From Halobacteriovoraceae bacterium (GTDB lineage Bacteria > Bdellovibrionota > Bacteriovoracia > Bacteriovoracales > Bacteriovoracaceae), in the NCBI GenBank assembly GCA_963719505.1, contig CAVRCF010000004.1:128001-192000 (forward strand): a stretch of 64,000 nucleotides of DNA, read 5' to 3'. Positions 29,605 to 40,325 of the stretch are shown in pieces. The position numbers were made by a program, and so were the translations under genes. The notes under the pieces are model-generated. The model was not told where the DNA came from, did not search any database, and was given only the letters and a program-made list of their open reading frames with translations. The stretch's first letter is position 1. Each line of letters begins with the position of its first letter.

Positions 29605-30120
29605 ATGAAAAAAGTCATTTTAACCATATTTGTTTGCCTCTTTAGCTTTCAGTCTTTTGCTACCTGTATTGAGAAATATCAAAGCACAAAAGTTGGGCAC
29701 TATATGGACCCTATGGCCCAAGAAACCCAATCACTTATAAACATAGGTTCTTCGGCGACTGGACTAATTGTTGGAACTTCTGTCTTAGGCTTTACTTTTG
29801 TCGGTGGAATGGCGATGCTCGCAATTGCATCAGGTCCAATTATGGTTGGTGAGGCCATCCAAAGCATCAAAAATAAAAAAGAAAATAGAGCGATTAGGTT
29901 AATTAGACAGGCCCAGGCCCATGTTGATGGGAAGAAGGCCCTTGGTCTTTTTAAACGAGTTTCAAGAAAAATCATAAAGAATAATGCTGGTAGTAACTCT
30001 TTAGATATTGCTATAGCCATCGTAAAAGGCAATGAAGATATGACTCTATGTCAGGGCGATAATGGAGTTAGAGAAATCAAGCGAGCACAAATGGATGGAA
30101 CCTTGATTCTTCTGGACTAA
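29605..30120 (+). CDS. Hypothetical secreted/membrane protein
   Basis: SD GGAG, signal peptide, Gly-rich hydrophobic hairpin. Confidence 0.65.
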   Translation: MKKVILTIFVCLFSFQSFATCIEKYQSTKVGHYMDPMAQETQSLINIGSSATGLIVGTSVLGFTFVGGMAMLAIASGPIMVGEAIQSIKNKKENRAIRLIRQAQAHVDGKKALGLFKRVSRKIIKNNAGSNSLDIAIAIVKGNEDMTLCQGDNGVREIKRAQMDGTLILLD

Positions 30121-30202
30121 CAAAGAATTGGACAGGTCTGTGCTGCTTCGCGCAGACTCAAGTTATTATGACAATCAGGGCTAAATTTGCTACTGTTTGA
30201 TC

Positions 30203-32995
30203 ATGAAAAATATCGAGATTCGCGGTGCACGCGTTCACAATTTAAAAAATATAGACGTAGATATAAAAAGAAACTCTTTGACGGTTATTACCGGTCCGTC
30301 CGGATCTGGAAAATCATCTTTGGCCTTTGATACACTTTATGCTGAAGGACAAAGAAGGTATATCGAATCTCTTTCAAGTTATGCGAGACAATTTTTAGGA
30401 CAGATGGAGCCACCCGATGTTGAAAGTATTGTTGGATTGAGTCCAGCGATTGCTATCGATCAAAAAAGTACCTCAAAAAATCCAAGGTCTACGGTAGGAA
30501 CGATCACTGAAGTCTACGATTATCTAAGAGTTCTCTATGCTCGCGTCGGGACGCCTTTTTGTCCGGAGTCAGGAGACAAACTTGAAAGCCAGTCGGCCGA
30601 ACAGATTGTAAAAAAGCTTTTAGCAAAAAAAGATAAAACCAAACTTCATATCATGGCCTCAATTATCTCAAATCAAAAAGGCGAGCACAAAGAGATGCTC
30701 AATAAATATCAAAGCATGGGGTTTTCGAGAGTCAGAGTTAACGGTGATATTCTCACTTTAGATGATGACATTAAACTTTCTAAAACGAAAAAAAGTGACG
30801 TTGAAATAGTGGTCGATAGAGTTGTTGTAAAAGAGGGGATTAAACCCAGACTTACGGACTCTTTGGAGCAAGCCCTAAAAATTGGCAATGGAAATATTTT
30901 TGTACTTGCAGATGATAAACTTGAATTCTATTCAGAGCACCTCTATTCCCATACAAGTGGTAAAAGTTACCCTGAATTAGAGCCGAGACTTTTTTCTTTT
31001 AATTCCCCTTTGGGTGCCTGTGAAATGTGCAATGGGATTGGTGAGACCAAAGTTTTTACTCGAGACAAATATATTACTGATGATAGCTTGTCACTTGCCA
31101 ATGGGGCAATTGCACCTCTTGGTAAAAAGGGTGGCTTTTACTACTCAATGGTTAAATCAATTCTAGACTCTGAAAAAGTGAAACCATCAACCGCTCTAAA
31201 AGACTGGCCTAAAAAAGTATACGATATCGTTTTTAATGGAACAGAAAAAGAGTACGAGTTTAAATTTGAATCAGAGAGATCCACTTATAAGTTTAAAAAA
31301 TCATTTCCTGGTCTCGATACGTGGCTAGATAATAAATATAAAGAAAGTAATTCAGATCGTGTAAGAGAAGATCTCGAAAAGTATATGACCATTGAACTAT
31401 GTCCTAGTTGTCAGGGTAAAAGACTTAACTCCTATGCACGGGAAGTAAAAGTTAAAGAGATGGGCATTATAGATATCACTCAAATGAGTATTGAAGACGC
31501 TTATGCATTTATGCAAAAAGTTAAGTTTAAGGGAAACAAAGGCATCGTTGCCGACAAGCTTTTAAAAGAAATTAATTCAAGGCTAAAGTTTCTCGTCGAC
31601 GTGGGGCTTACATATCTGACCTTAAATCGAGGGGCGATGACCTTATCTGGTGGTGAGTCTCAAAGAATTAGACTTGCGACGCAGATTGGGTCAGCTTTGT
31701 CTGGGGTCCTCTATGTTTTGGATGAGCCAAGTATAGGTCTTCACCAAAGAGATAATGATAAGCTCATTAAAACGCTTAAGCATTTAAAAAGTCTTGGAAA
31801 TACAGTTGTTGTTGTTGAACACGATGAGGATACGATGCTTGCGGCAGATCATATTATCGATATAGGACCTGGAGCCGGTATTCACGGTGGTGAGATTGTC
31901 GACTTTGGTACTCCTGCAAAAATTAAAAAATCAAATTCTATAACGGGAAGGTTTTTATCAAATAGGGAAATAATTCCAGTTCCAGAAAAAAGACGAAAAC
32001 TTGAGAAGATGATCTCCATTGAGGGGATCAATCAAAATAATCTTTCCAACTTAAGCGTTGATATCCCTCTTGGTGGATTGGTTTGTATTTCTGGGGTTAG
32101 TGGCTCTGGAAAGTCTACCCTCATTCATAAGGCCCTTGTTCCGGGAGCGATGAATTTCACCAATAGAAATTCAACTTATAAAACCTGTTATACGAAAATT
32201 TCAGGATTAGAAAATATCGATCAGGTTATTGAAATCGATCAATCTCCAATAGGACGAACTCCTAAATCAAATCCTGCAACTTATACAAAACTTTTCGACC
32301 ATATAAGAGCGCTTTACGCTAATACCAATGAAGCGAAGATTAGGGGTTATAAACAGGGGCGTTTTAGTTTTAATGTTAAAGGCGGTCGCTGTGAAACATG
32401 CGAAGGAAATGGTGTTATCAAAGTTGAGATGAACTTTCTTCCCGATGTTTACATTAAATGCTCCGACTGTTCAGGCAAGCGCTACAATCAAGAGACTCTC
32501 AATATCACCTATAGAGGAAAAAATATTTCAGACGTTCTCAATATGAGTATAGAAGAAGCCACCGACTTTTTTGTTAATCATAAAAAAATTCACCGGACTC
32601 TTAAAACGCTTCTCAATATTGGACTAGGGTATATTAAGCTTGGTCAGTCATCGACGACTTTGTCTGGTGGAGAAGCCCAAAGAATGAAACTTTCTCGCGA
32701 ACTTAGTAAAGCGACTAGAGGACATTGTCTCTATGTCTTAGATGAGCCTACCACTGGACTTCATTTTCACGATATAAAAGTTTTAATGAAAGCAATCAAT
32801 AAGCTTGTTGATCTAGGACATTCGGTTGTTATTATCGAACACAACTTAGATGTTATTAAAAGTGCTGATTATATTCTCGATCTCGGACCTGAGGGAGGGA
32901 AGCACGGTGGAAAAGTCGTGGCCAAGGGCACACCAGAAAAAGTAGCAGCGAGTAAAAAATCTTTAACGGGTAAATACTTAAAACGATATCTTTAG
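30203..32995 (+). CDS. uvrA: Excinuclease ABC subunit A
   Basis: GARVHNLKN, two Walker A (GPSGSGKS, GVSGSGKS), LSGGE signatures, zinc fingers. Confidence 0.97.
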   Translation: MKNIEIRGARVHNLKNIDVDIKRNSLTVITGPSGSGKSSLAFDTLYAEGQRRYIESLSSYARQFLGQMEPPDVESIVGLSPAIAIDQKSTSKNPRSTVGTITEVYDYLRVLYARVGTPFCPESGDKLESQSAEQIVKKLLAKKDKTKLHIMASIISNQKGEHKEMLNKYQSMGFSRVRVNGDILTLDDDIKLSKTKKSDVEIVVDRVVVKEGIKPRLTDSLEQALKIGNGNIFVLADDKLEFYSEHLYSHTSGKSYPELEPRLFSFNSPLGACEMCNGIGETKVFTRDKYITDDSLSLANGAIAPLGKKGGFYYSMVKSILDSEKVKPSTALKDWPKKVYDIVFNGTEKEYEFKFESERSTYKFKKSFPGLDTWLDNKYKESNSDRVREDLEKYMTIELCPSCQGKRLNSYAREVKVKEMGIIDITQMSIEDAYAFMQKVKFKGNKGIVADKLLKEINSRLKFLVDVGLTYLTLNRGAMTLSGGESQRIRLATQIGSALSGVLYVLDEPSIGLHQRDNDKLIKTLKHLKSLGNTVVVVEHDEDTMLAADHIIDIGPGAGIHGGEIVDFGTPAKIKKSNSITGRFLSNREIIPVPEKRRKLEKMISIEGINQNNLSNLSVDIPLGGLVCISGVSGSGKSTLIHKALVPGAMNFTNRNSTYKTCYTKISGLENIDQVIEIDQSPIGRTPKSNPATYTKLFDHIRALYANTNEAKIRGYKQGRFSFNVKGGRCETCEGNGVIKVEMNFLPDVYIKCSDCSGKRYNQETLNITYRGKNISDVLNMSIEEATDFFVNHKKIHRTLKTLLNIGLGYIKLGQSSTTLSGGEAQRMKLSRELSKATRGHCLYVLDEPTTGLHFHDIKVLMKAINKLVDLGHSVVIIEHNLDVIKSADYILDLGPEGGKHGGKVVAKGTPEKVAASKKSLTGKYLKRYL

Positions 32996-33001
32996 GGGAC
33001 T

Positions 33002-34315
33002 ATGAAAACTTTAATTTTTAATGCAAAAACTTTAGGGAAGTATTTAGGAAAAAAGGAGCAGCTTGTTGATGTCTGCGTTCTCATTGAACACGGTCTTGTC
33101 AAAGAGATTTTAGAGACAAAGCCATCGCTTGAAGGCGATATCGAGATGATTGATGCCAAAGGAAACCTACTGGCTCCTGGGTTAATTGACCCCCAAGTTC
33201 ATTTTAGAGAACCTGGCTTAGAATATAAGGAAGATATCGAGTCGGGGAGTAAAGCTGCTAATAAAGGTGGATTCACGACGGTGATATCGATGCCTAACAC
33301 GACACCTACAGCGGACAATCCCGAGACGATAAAATTTATGTGGAATAAACAGCAAGATATTTCTCTTTGCAGAGTTTATCCCACAGGTGCAGTAACTATG
33401 GGTTTAAAAGGAGAAGTGCTTTCTCCTTTTGAGGAACTAAAAGATGCAGGTGCCATTGCCTTAACTGATGATGGAAAAGGTATTCAATCAGATGAAATTT
33501 TTGAGCAAGCCATGGTTGAAGCAGCTCGACTAGATATGAGTATTTTAGATCACTCTGAAGATGAATCTTTATCAAACGGTGGGGCCATCCATCTTGGAGA
33601 GCATTCAAAAAAATATGGTGTCAAAGGTATTGATTCAAAAAGTGAATCCGCGCATGTGGAAAGAGGCTGTCGCCTTAGTGGAGAGACAGGTTGCCACTAT
33701 CACGTTCTTCATATTTCGACTAAAGAGTCTATCGATCATGTAAGAGAGGCAAAAGCTAAAGGCTTTAATGTGACGGCTGAAGTTTCCCCTCATCATCTTC
33801 TTTTATGTGACGAAGATATTCCTCAAAGAGAAGATGGGAGTCTTGACTCCAATTGGAAAATGAATCCTCCTCTTCGCTCAAAAGAAGATCGCGAGGCTTG
33901 TGTAAAAGCTCTAATAGATGGGACTATTGATGCTATCGCTACAGACCATGCCCCTCACGCGCCTAATGAAAAAGCGGCTGAGATTCACAAAGCACCTTTT
34001 GGTATTATAGGTCTAGAGACAGCTTTTGGTCTTTGTTACACCCACTTTGTAAAAAGTGGAAAGATTAGCCTTGAACACCTGATTATGCTTATGACTGAGG
34101 GGCCAGCAAATTTATTCAAGCTAGACCTTGGAAAGATCGAAGTTGGTGCCGTAGCAGATTTAACAATCATAGACCTTGAAAAAGCTGAAGAGGTCACAGA
34201 AAGTTTCTTCGCTTCAAAATCTAAAAACTCGCCTTTTATAGGGCAAAATTTATATGGGATTCCACAGATGACTTTTTTGGGTGGTAATCTCGTCTATGCA
34301 AAGGATAACGCATGA
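33002..34315 (+). CDS. pyrC: Dihydroorotase (type I)
   Basis: DPQVHFREPG, GGFTTV.SMPNT, KMNPPLRS, IATDHAPH. Confidence 0.92.
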   Translation: MKTLIFNAKTLGKYLGKKEQLVDVCVLIEHGLVKEILETKPSLEGDIEMIDAKGNLLAPGLIDPQVHFREPGLEYKEDIESGSKAANKGGFTTVISMPNTTPTADNPETIKFMWNKQQDISLCRVYPTGAVTMGLKGEVLSPFEELKDAGAIALTDDGKGIQSDEIFEQAMVEAARLDMSILDHSEDESLSNGGAIHLGEHSKKYGVKGIDSKSESAHVERGCRLSGETGCHYHVLHISTKESIDHVREAKAKGFNVTAEVSPHHLLLCDEDIPQREDGSLDSNWKMNPPLRSKEDREACVKALIDGTIDAIATDHAPHAPNEKAAEIHKAPFGIIGLETAFGLCYTHFVKSGKISLEHLIMLMTEGPANLFKLDLGKIEVGAVADLTIIDLEKAEEVTESFFASKSKNSPFIGQNLYGIPQMTFLGGNLVYAKDNA

Positions 34316-34734
34316 AATTTGACAAGAATGTTGAAGAAGCTTTTAAAATGGCTCAAGAAGCCAGACTTAATGCCTACGCTGACTATTCAGGGGTAAAGGT
34401 TGGGGCCGTTGTAAAAATTAAAGGCAGAGATGATCTCTATATAGGCGCCAATGTTGAATATGTCGTCAATGGTGTCTCTGTTTGTGCAGAAAGAAGTGCC
34501 CTTTCAAATGCGGTCTCGCATAATGGGAAGATAGAACTTGAGTTTGTCGTTGTTTGTTCTAATACTGAGCCTGCACTTTTACCATGCGGAGTTTGTTGTC
34601 AGGCCATTAGTGAATTTGGAAAACGAGATTTGCCTATTTATATTGGTAATAAAGATAAACTTTTAAAGAAAGTCACTTATAGTGATATTTGGCCTCATCA
34701 GTATAGTGAGCTTCCGAAAGTTTTAGCAGAATAA
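34312..34734 (+). CDS. cdd: Cytidine deaminase
   Basis: YS..KVGA, GANVE, CAERSA, PCGVC. Confidence 0.88.
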   Translation: MKFDKNVEEAFKMAQEARLNAYADYSGVKVGAVVKIKGRDDLYIGANVEYVVNGVSVCAERSALSNAVSHNGKIELEFVVVCSNTEPALLPCGVCCQAISEFGKRDLPIYIGNKDKLLKKVTYSDIWPHQYSELPKVLAE

Positions 34735-36740
34735 TGCCAGCATATTTTCAATTGGCCGTAAATTTGCCAATTAAAAATTCAATTCTGACTTATGCGAGTG
34801 ATCTCCCTTTAAAAAGGGGAGAGATGGTTGAGGTGCCTTTAGGTCGACGAAAATCTCAAGCTATTGTCTTAAGAAACTCAAAGCCATCAGAGATCAGGGA
34901 TATTCCCAAAGAGAAAATAAAATTTGTCTCCGGTCTAATGGATAATAGCTTTATCATAGGTGATGATGAAATAGAGCTCTATAGCTGGATGTCTCAGTAC
35001 TACCATTATAGTTTTGGAAAACTTATCTTTGATTGTCTCCCAAAACTGATGAAGCGTCCCAGAGAGCCAAAGTTTCAAAGGGGAAGGGGCGAAGCTATTC
35101 CTCACGAACTCAATTCCTTGCAACAAAATGTTTACGATGGAGTTAAGAGAGTGCTCAATTCAGGGTTCTCTCAACACTTTGCCCATGGGGTTACCGGCTC
35201 AGGTAAATCTTTAGTTTATCTCAGTTTAATCAAAGATGTCCTGAACAGTGGAAAGTCTGCTCAGTTTTTACTTCCTGAAATTAACCTGACACCACAGTTT
35301 ACTCAGATGTTTGAACAGTTTTTAGGGCATAAGGTTTATGCTTACCATTCTGGCGTGACACCTTCAGAGAAATTTAATATTTGGAAAGCTTTGAAAGAGA
35401 GTGAAGAGCCAGTTTTAGTGCTGGGAGTGCGAAGTTCAATCTTTTTACCGGTTCAAAATCTTGGTCTCGTTGTGGTCGATGAAGAACATGATCAGTCCTT
35501 TAAGCAGTCAGATAGATGTCCATATAACGGTCGTGATGTGGCCATTAAAAAAGCACAAATCGCCAATGCTCCAATCATTTTAGGATCTGCGACTCCTAGT
35601 TTTGAAAACTATTATCATTTTTCAAATCAAAATGGAGGCAGAAATTACTATACACTAAAAGAGCGGGTCAGTACTGGTAACCTTCCGAAACTTGTTGTTT
35701 ATGATTCAAGAGACCGTTTTAAAGAAAATGATCCCGCTTGGCCACTTCTGGATGAAACTCTTGAAGATATTAAAAATGCATTGGAAAAAAAAGAGCAGGT
35801 GATCGTCTTTATCAATAAACTTGGATTCTCAGCATTTGTCCAATGTAGAAGCTGTGGGCATCAGTTTAAGAATGAAGACTGTGGCTGTGAAAATAATCTA
35901 CGCTACTTTAAGCAAAGAAATGAATTGAGTTGTGCTCACTGTGAATTTAGAAAGCCCATGCCAGACAAGTGTCCTGATTGTGGAAGCATTACGATGGTCA
36001 ATAAAGGCTTCGGAACTGAAAAAGTTGCCGAAGTTTTAAAAAAAGTTTTTCCCGAATACAGAGTCGATCGTTTTGATAGAGATGAGATTACATCAACAAA
36101 AAAACTGAATGAAAAACTTGAAAGTTTTCATTCGGGACAGATTGATTTGCTGGTGGGGACTCAAATGTTGGCCAAGGGGCATAACTTTGAGCGAGTAAAC
36201 TTGGTTATTATGCTGGGATTAGACTCTATGTTGAGCTTTTCCGATTTTCGCTCGACAGAGAGAACCTATCAGCTTGCGAGTCAGGTTTCTGGAAGGGCGG
36301 GACGTTACTCAAAGGAGAGTAAGGTTGTAATTCAGTCCATGAATCCGGAACACCCAATATTTGAAATTATTGGTTCTCATTCTTTTACAAAGTTTTATGA
36401 AGATGAGGTTGAACTTAGAAAGCTATGTGCTTGTCCGCCTTTTACAAAGCTGACAATGCTCTATTTTAGTTCTCGATTTAGAGATAGACTCATTCAAACT
36501 GTAAATTCTGTCTCTCACAGCCTAAATAGTGCTGCCATTAAAAACTTTAATGAAGTTAGAGTTTTAGGACCGGCCCCTTTGTCTATTGAGAAGAAAGCGA
36601 ATCAGTTCACGTGGGCCATCATGCTTAAAACAGATAATATCAACCAGCTTCATAATATTATTTCTACTTTCGAAAATAACTATAAAGCCGTCTCTGGTGT
36701 AAGCTATAAAATTGATGTCGATCCAGGCCAAGTTCTATAA
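34734..36740 (+). CDS. priA: Primosomal protein N'
   Basis: GVTGSGKS, PEINLTPQ, DEEHD, GSATPS, Cys-rich zinc region, GTQMLAKG, GRAGR. Confidence 0.95.
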   Translation: MPAYFQLAVNLPIKNSILTYASDLPLKRGEMVEVPLGRRKSQAIVLRNSKPSEIRDIPKEKIKFVSGLMDNSFIIGDDEIELYSWMSQYYHYSFGKLIFDCLPKLMKRPREPKFQRGRGEAIPHELNSLQQNVYDGVKRVLNSGFSQHFAHGVTGSGKSLVYLSLIKDVLNSGKSAQFLLPEINLTPQFTQMFEQFLGHKVYAYHSGVTPSEKFNIWKALKESEEPVLVLGVRSSIFLPVQNLGLVVVDEEHDQSFKQSDRCPYNGRDVAIKKAQIANAPIILGSATPSFENYYHFSNQNGGRNYYTLKERVSTGNLPKLVVYDSRDRFKENDPAWPLLDETLEDIKNALEKKEQVIVFINKLGFSAFVQCRSCGHQFKNEDCGCENNLRYFKQRNELSCAHCEFRKPMPDKCPDCGSITMVNKGFGTEKVAEVLKKVFPEYRVDRFDRDEITSTKKLNEKLESFHSGQIDLLVGTQMLAKGHNFERVNLVIMLGLDSMLSFSDFRSTERTYQLASQVSGRAGRYSKESKVVIQSMNPEHPIFEIIGSHSFTKFYEDEVELRKLCACPPFTKLTMLYFSSRFRDRLIQTVNSVSHSLNSAAIKNFNEVRVLGPAPLSIEKKANQFTWAIMLKTDNINQLHNIISTFENNYKAVSGVSYKIDVDPGQVL

Positions 36741-37811
36741 GTTAAAAAATCCAGTTCGCGATGGAATAAAGACTTCACCATCAATTTGCCTTATAACACC
36801 AATTGGAGATTCAAAATATCTCTTTTTCTTTGCGATATGATACTGAGTTTTCCCCTTTTCATAACATAGGAGCTGACCCATTATGCCTATTGCGCAGTAA
36901 TTGTTTCCCATAATAAAAGGCGTTGATATAAAAGGTTCTGGAAATTCTCCAACAAAGCCAATTTTATTTTTTGTGAGATCGAAAGTTAGAATATCCCCAG
37001 TTGAGAGTGTGATTAAAAAATTATTGTCATCAATCTTTGTGGGAGCAAAGAAGTTAAAGCCTCTCAATTCCTTGGTAAAAGTTATTTTTTTCATCTTTGT
37101 ATCAAAAATGAAAAGGGTTGAGGGAATATCAAACTTGCTTTTCATGAGATCCGCTTTAGTTGTTGCTCCAATTATTTTTTCACCAATTTGGGAGAGCATC
37201 ATTTTGGGACTTTCTTTGAACTCATTAATAAATGTTGTTTTTTGAGTCTTCTTATCAACACAGATAAAAGCTTTTAATTCGTATATTGAATTGAAGCAAA
37301 TATCATCTTTTACGATGATAGGGGAACTATCGACGTGAATCTTCTTTTTATTTACTTTTGTGAGATTCCACTTGGACTTTAAGGTTTTTTTATCAAGAGC
37401 TGACAGACCTCCTGGACCGTGACCGACATAAAGCGTGTCTCCATCTAATGTTAATGGTCTTTGGATATGACCTTTAAGCATTATCGAATTTCTTAGTTTT
37501 TCTTTTTTCAGGTCAAAAGCTTAGAGATTGGCATTCTCTGTGTCGTGGAGTCCTTCTCCAAAAAAGGCAATACCGTCATCAACAGTGATATCACTCACAG
37601 AGCTTTGTTTTGTATTAAATAGCTGCTTGAGTTTGGAGAAATCCTTTTGACTTTTATACAGAACGCCACTTGTCGATAAAAAAAGTAGAGAGTTCTCATG
37701 CTTTATTGGAGCGTTGACAGTTGGTCCTATCTTGACCCTTATTTTTTTCTCGTCGGCAAATAGGTTTAAGCTCAAAAAGATCGCACAAGTTATGGCCAGT
37801 AATTGTTTCAT
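36735..37811 (-). pseudogene. PQQ-like beta-propeller exported protein interrupted by an in-frame TAA
   Basis: ORFs 37521..37811 and 36735..37481 are in one frame: ...ENANL*AFDLKKEKLRNSIMLKG...; reading through gives 358 aa with a signal peptide. Confidence 0.7.
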
Positions 37812-37840
37812 AAATTTCTCCTTAGAGATATAATATCGAA

Positions 37841-39007
37841 ATGTCTCAATCTTTAAAGTTTAAAATTTTAATGGAATGTTCTTCTCGAGAGGAGCTTTCT
37901 GATTATATCTTACCTTTTTGGTTTGTTGAAGAACAAGAAGATCTGCCAAGTGATTTTGAGCAATTTATTGTAAGATCTGCTTTGAAGAGCGAAAATAGTG
38001 AAACTTTAAACTCAGGTGTTGGATTAAGTTTGGGAAGTATACAAACTCAAAAAGACTACACTGAGGCCATAAAAAAATTGATGAACCAAGACAATCTGGA
38101 CTTTTTACTTCTGCAGCCATTTTTTGAACACGATATTCATTTAACCATATTTTTAACGACGAATTTTGTCTTTATTGAGTCCCAATCAACAGGAGAAAGT
38201 AAGTTTTACTTTTATAACGATCTCACAAGCTCAAAGCTTCCTCATTGGGGGAAGAAAGTTCAAGATGTTCTCACTCGTTTTAATGCTCTTTATAAAGGAG
38301 AGTTTCTCATTGAGGCGGGATTGAGAGCAGACGAATTTAAGCTTTTCCAGATGAATCGATTGAAGCAAAATCATATAAAGAACGCCCTTTATAACCAGGT
38401 TTTGAGTAAAGCCCTTTTGGGTAATAAAAGAATTGATCAAGATTCATTTTTCTCAAAGCTCAAATTAGAGTACAAGGCTTATAAATTTAGACAGAAAGAA
38501 ACGTATAATGATTTTAATGATACTTTCAATAATTGGGTGTATATTTTTTTTTATTTCAAGCTTTTTTGCACTAAAGAGAATCTTCAATTTAGTGGATCCT
38601 CTTTTGAGGAATTTTTAAATATTGCTGGGGGTGCTGGTGTTCTTTCAAAAAACTTAAAGAGACACTTGGAAATTTGCTCGCTTACGGACAAGGCCAATCA
38701 GTGGAATATAGACTCCGGATTTCATGATAAAGAAGAGATATATATAGGGCATGGAAAGATTGAGGGTATAGTTGATCAAAATGTTCTTGTCTCGACGAAC
38801 TTGACGATGGAGGAGATTCTTCTTCATAAGCCTAGTGTTATTTTAACAACTTATAACTCAATTCTTTCTCATCCAATTTTATTTTGTGCTGAAAATGGAA
38901 TCTCACTTGTTGGAGGTCTCCCTAAGTCATCTGTGCAAGAATTAAGGCCAGGGGATAAATTTTCAATCGATTTTAAATTAAAGCAAATTATTGTAGAATC
39001 TAAGTAG
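37841..39007 (+). CDS. Divergent PEP-synthase/PPDK-type phosphotransferase (ATP-grasp plus swivelling phospho-His domain)
   Basis: FIVRSA..E...SG, LLQP, IEAG...KLFQ (ATP-grasp-like); C-terminal ILTTYNSILSHPILFCAENGISLVGG...PGDKFSID. Confidence 0.6.
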   Translation: MSQSLKFKILMECSSREELSDYILPFWFVEEQEDLPSDFEQFIVRSALKSENSETLNSGVGLSLGSIQTQKDYTEAIKKLMNQDNLDFLLLQPFFEHDIHLTIFLTTNFVFIESQSTGESKFYFYNDLTSSKLPHWGKKVQDVLTRFNALYKGEFLIEAGLRADEFKLFQMNRLKQNHIKNALYNQVLSKALLGNKRIDQDSFFSKLKLEYKAYKFRQKETYNDFNDTFNNWVYIFFYFKLFCTKENLQFSGSSFEEFLNIAGGAGVLSKNLKRHLEICSLTDKANQWNIDSGFHDKEEIYIGHGKIEGIVDQNVLVSTNLTMEEILLHKPSVILTTYNSILSHPILFCAENGISLVGGLPKSSVQELRPGDKFSIDFKLKQIIVESK

Positions 39008-39028
39008 GAATTGCTAAAGGAGACATAA

Positions 39029-39475
39029 ATGGTTTTTCCATCACTTTCATTTTCAGTTGATCCAGGTATTATTTCATCCATGTCCACTTTCGTGGTTATA
39101 GGTTTTAGCTTTATGCTTCGTTATTGGAAAAAGACTTTGTTCACAATTTCTATCGTCTTAGGTGTCGCTCTTTTTTCATTGAAGGCGAGTGCAATTGGTT
39201 TATACACTGGTTCTTGTGGAACGATGTGCTCTAACAATCAAAACTACTACGGATCTCCTTGGGGACAACCAAGGCCCGTTTACTATTATCCCCAACTTCA
39301 ATATCATTCATTTTGGGGCCCTACTCCTTATTATTTCAATTCTCATGGTGCCAGCCCATACGCACCGTCATGGTATAATAATTGCCCTCACTGTAGTCAA
39401 CATGGCACGGGCTTTAACAACTGGAACACAATTATGCCCAACCAAAGTCATGGTCCAGGAATGCCTGCAAGCTAG
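39029..39475 (+). CDS. Membrane-anchored/secreted Tyr-Pro-Gly-rich small protein with Cys pairs
   Basis: SD AAGGAG; hydrophobic N-terminus ending ASA; CGTMC and CPHC flank a Y/P/G/W-rich region. Confidence 0.6.
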   Translation: MVFPSLSFSVDPGIISSMSTFVVIGFSFMLRYWKKTLFTISIVLGVALFSLKASAIGLYTGSCGTMCSNNQNYYGSPWGQPRPVYYYPQLQYHSFWGPTPYYFNSHGASPYAPSWYNNCPHCSQHGTGFNNWNTIMPNQSHGPGMPAS

Positions 39476-40311
39476 TGATTCTTTTTCCGGCCATTGTTTT
39501 TGGGCTTAGTCTTTTATTTTGGTTTTTAAAACCAGAGCTGGTCTCTTCTATTTTTATCGCGAATTTGTGGCTTCTGTCTTATCCTCATACCTTCGCAACA
39601 TTTAAAAGAAGTTACTTTTTAAAAAAAGAAAATAAAATAAAAGCTGGAATCTGTATCATCTTATTTCTTCTTCTTAATATCTTTATTGTTTATCGTTTTG
39701 ATTTTGTGGCTTTAATAAATATCTATTTTTATTCTCAATTTTTTCACTATTGTCGACAAAATTTTGGTATCTCTAAGCTCCATTCTAAAAGTTGGCTAAA
39801 GATGGACAGTGTACTTTTTCATTTTTATCATGTGTTCATCCTTCTCTTTTTTTGGCGAGTACCTCACTCCTTTTTGGGCTTCAAAATTTTCTCGCCGACT
39901 CTTCAGCAAAATCTGACTACTTTTTCATTTGGGGCAATTTGTTTTATCGGTCTGTACTTTATCTCTCGAATGAAAAAGATCTCAGCCATGACTTATATTT
40001 ATCTTGCTCTGTCGGCAGTGATGACTTACTCAAGTGAATCTTTTATTTTAGGCTGGCTAGGACTTCATCTTTTTCATAATTCTCAATACCTCGTGATGGG
40101 ACATAGGCTTTCTCCGAGAAACTCTTTTCTATGGTACTGGTTCTCCTTGATATTTCTCGTGGTCGTGCTCTATTCATTGGCGGGATATCTTGATCAAAAA
40201 ATTGGTTTTTTTATTTCCATTTCTTTTTGCCTTATCTTGGCCGTAAATTTCAGTCACTACCTTTTTGATTCTTTTCTTTGGAGAAGGAAATATAGAGAAA
40301 ACTATCCCTGA
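39475..40311 (+). CDS. Polytopic membrane protein with conserved His motifs (putative metalloenzyme)
   Basis: YPHTFAT, FHYCRQNFG, FHNSQYL, SHYLFDSFLW; start overlaps the upstream stop. Confidence 0.65.
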   Translation: MILFPAIVFGLSLLFWFLKPELVSSIFIANLWLLSYPHTFATFKRSYFLKKENKIKAGICIILFLLLNIFIVYRFDFVALINIYFYSQFFHYCRQNFGISKLHSKSWLKMDSVLFHFYHVFILLFFWRVPHSFLGFKIFSPTLQQNLTTFSFGAICFIGLYFISRMKKISAMTYIYLALSAVMTYSSESFILGWLGLHLFHNSQYLVMGHRLSPRNSFLWYWFSLIFLVVVLYSLAGYLDQKIGFFISISFCLILAVNFSHYLFDSFLWRRKYRENYP

Positions 40312-40325
40312 TTTATAAAAGTGCT

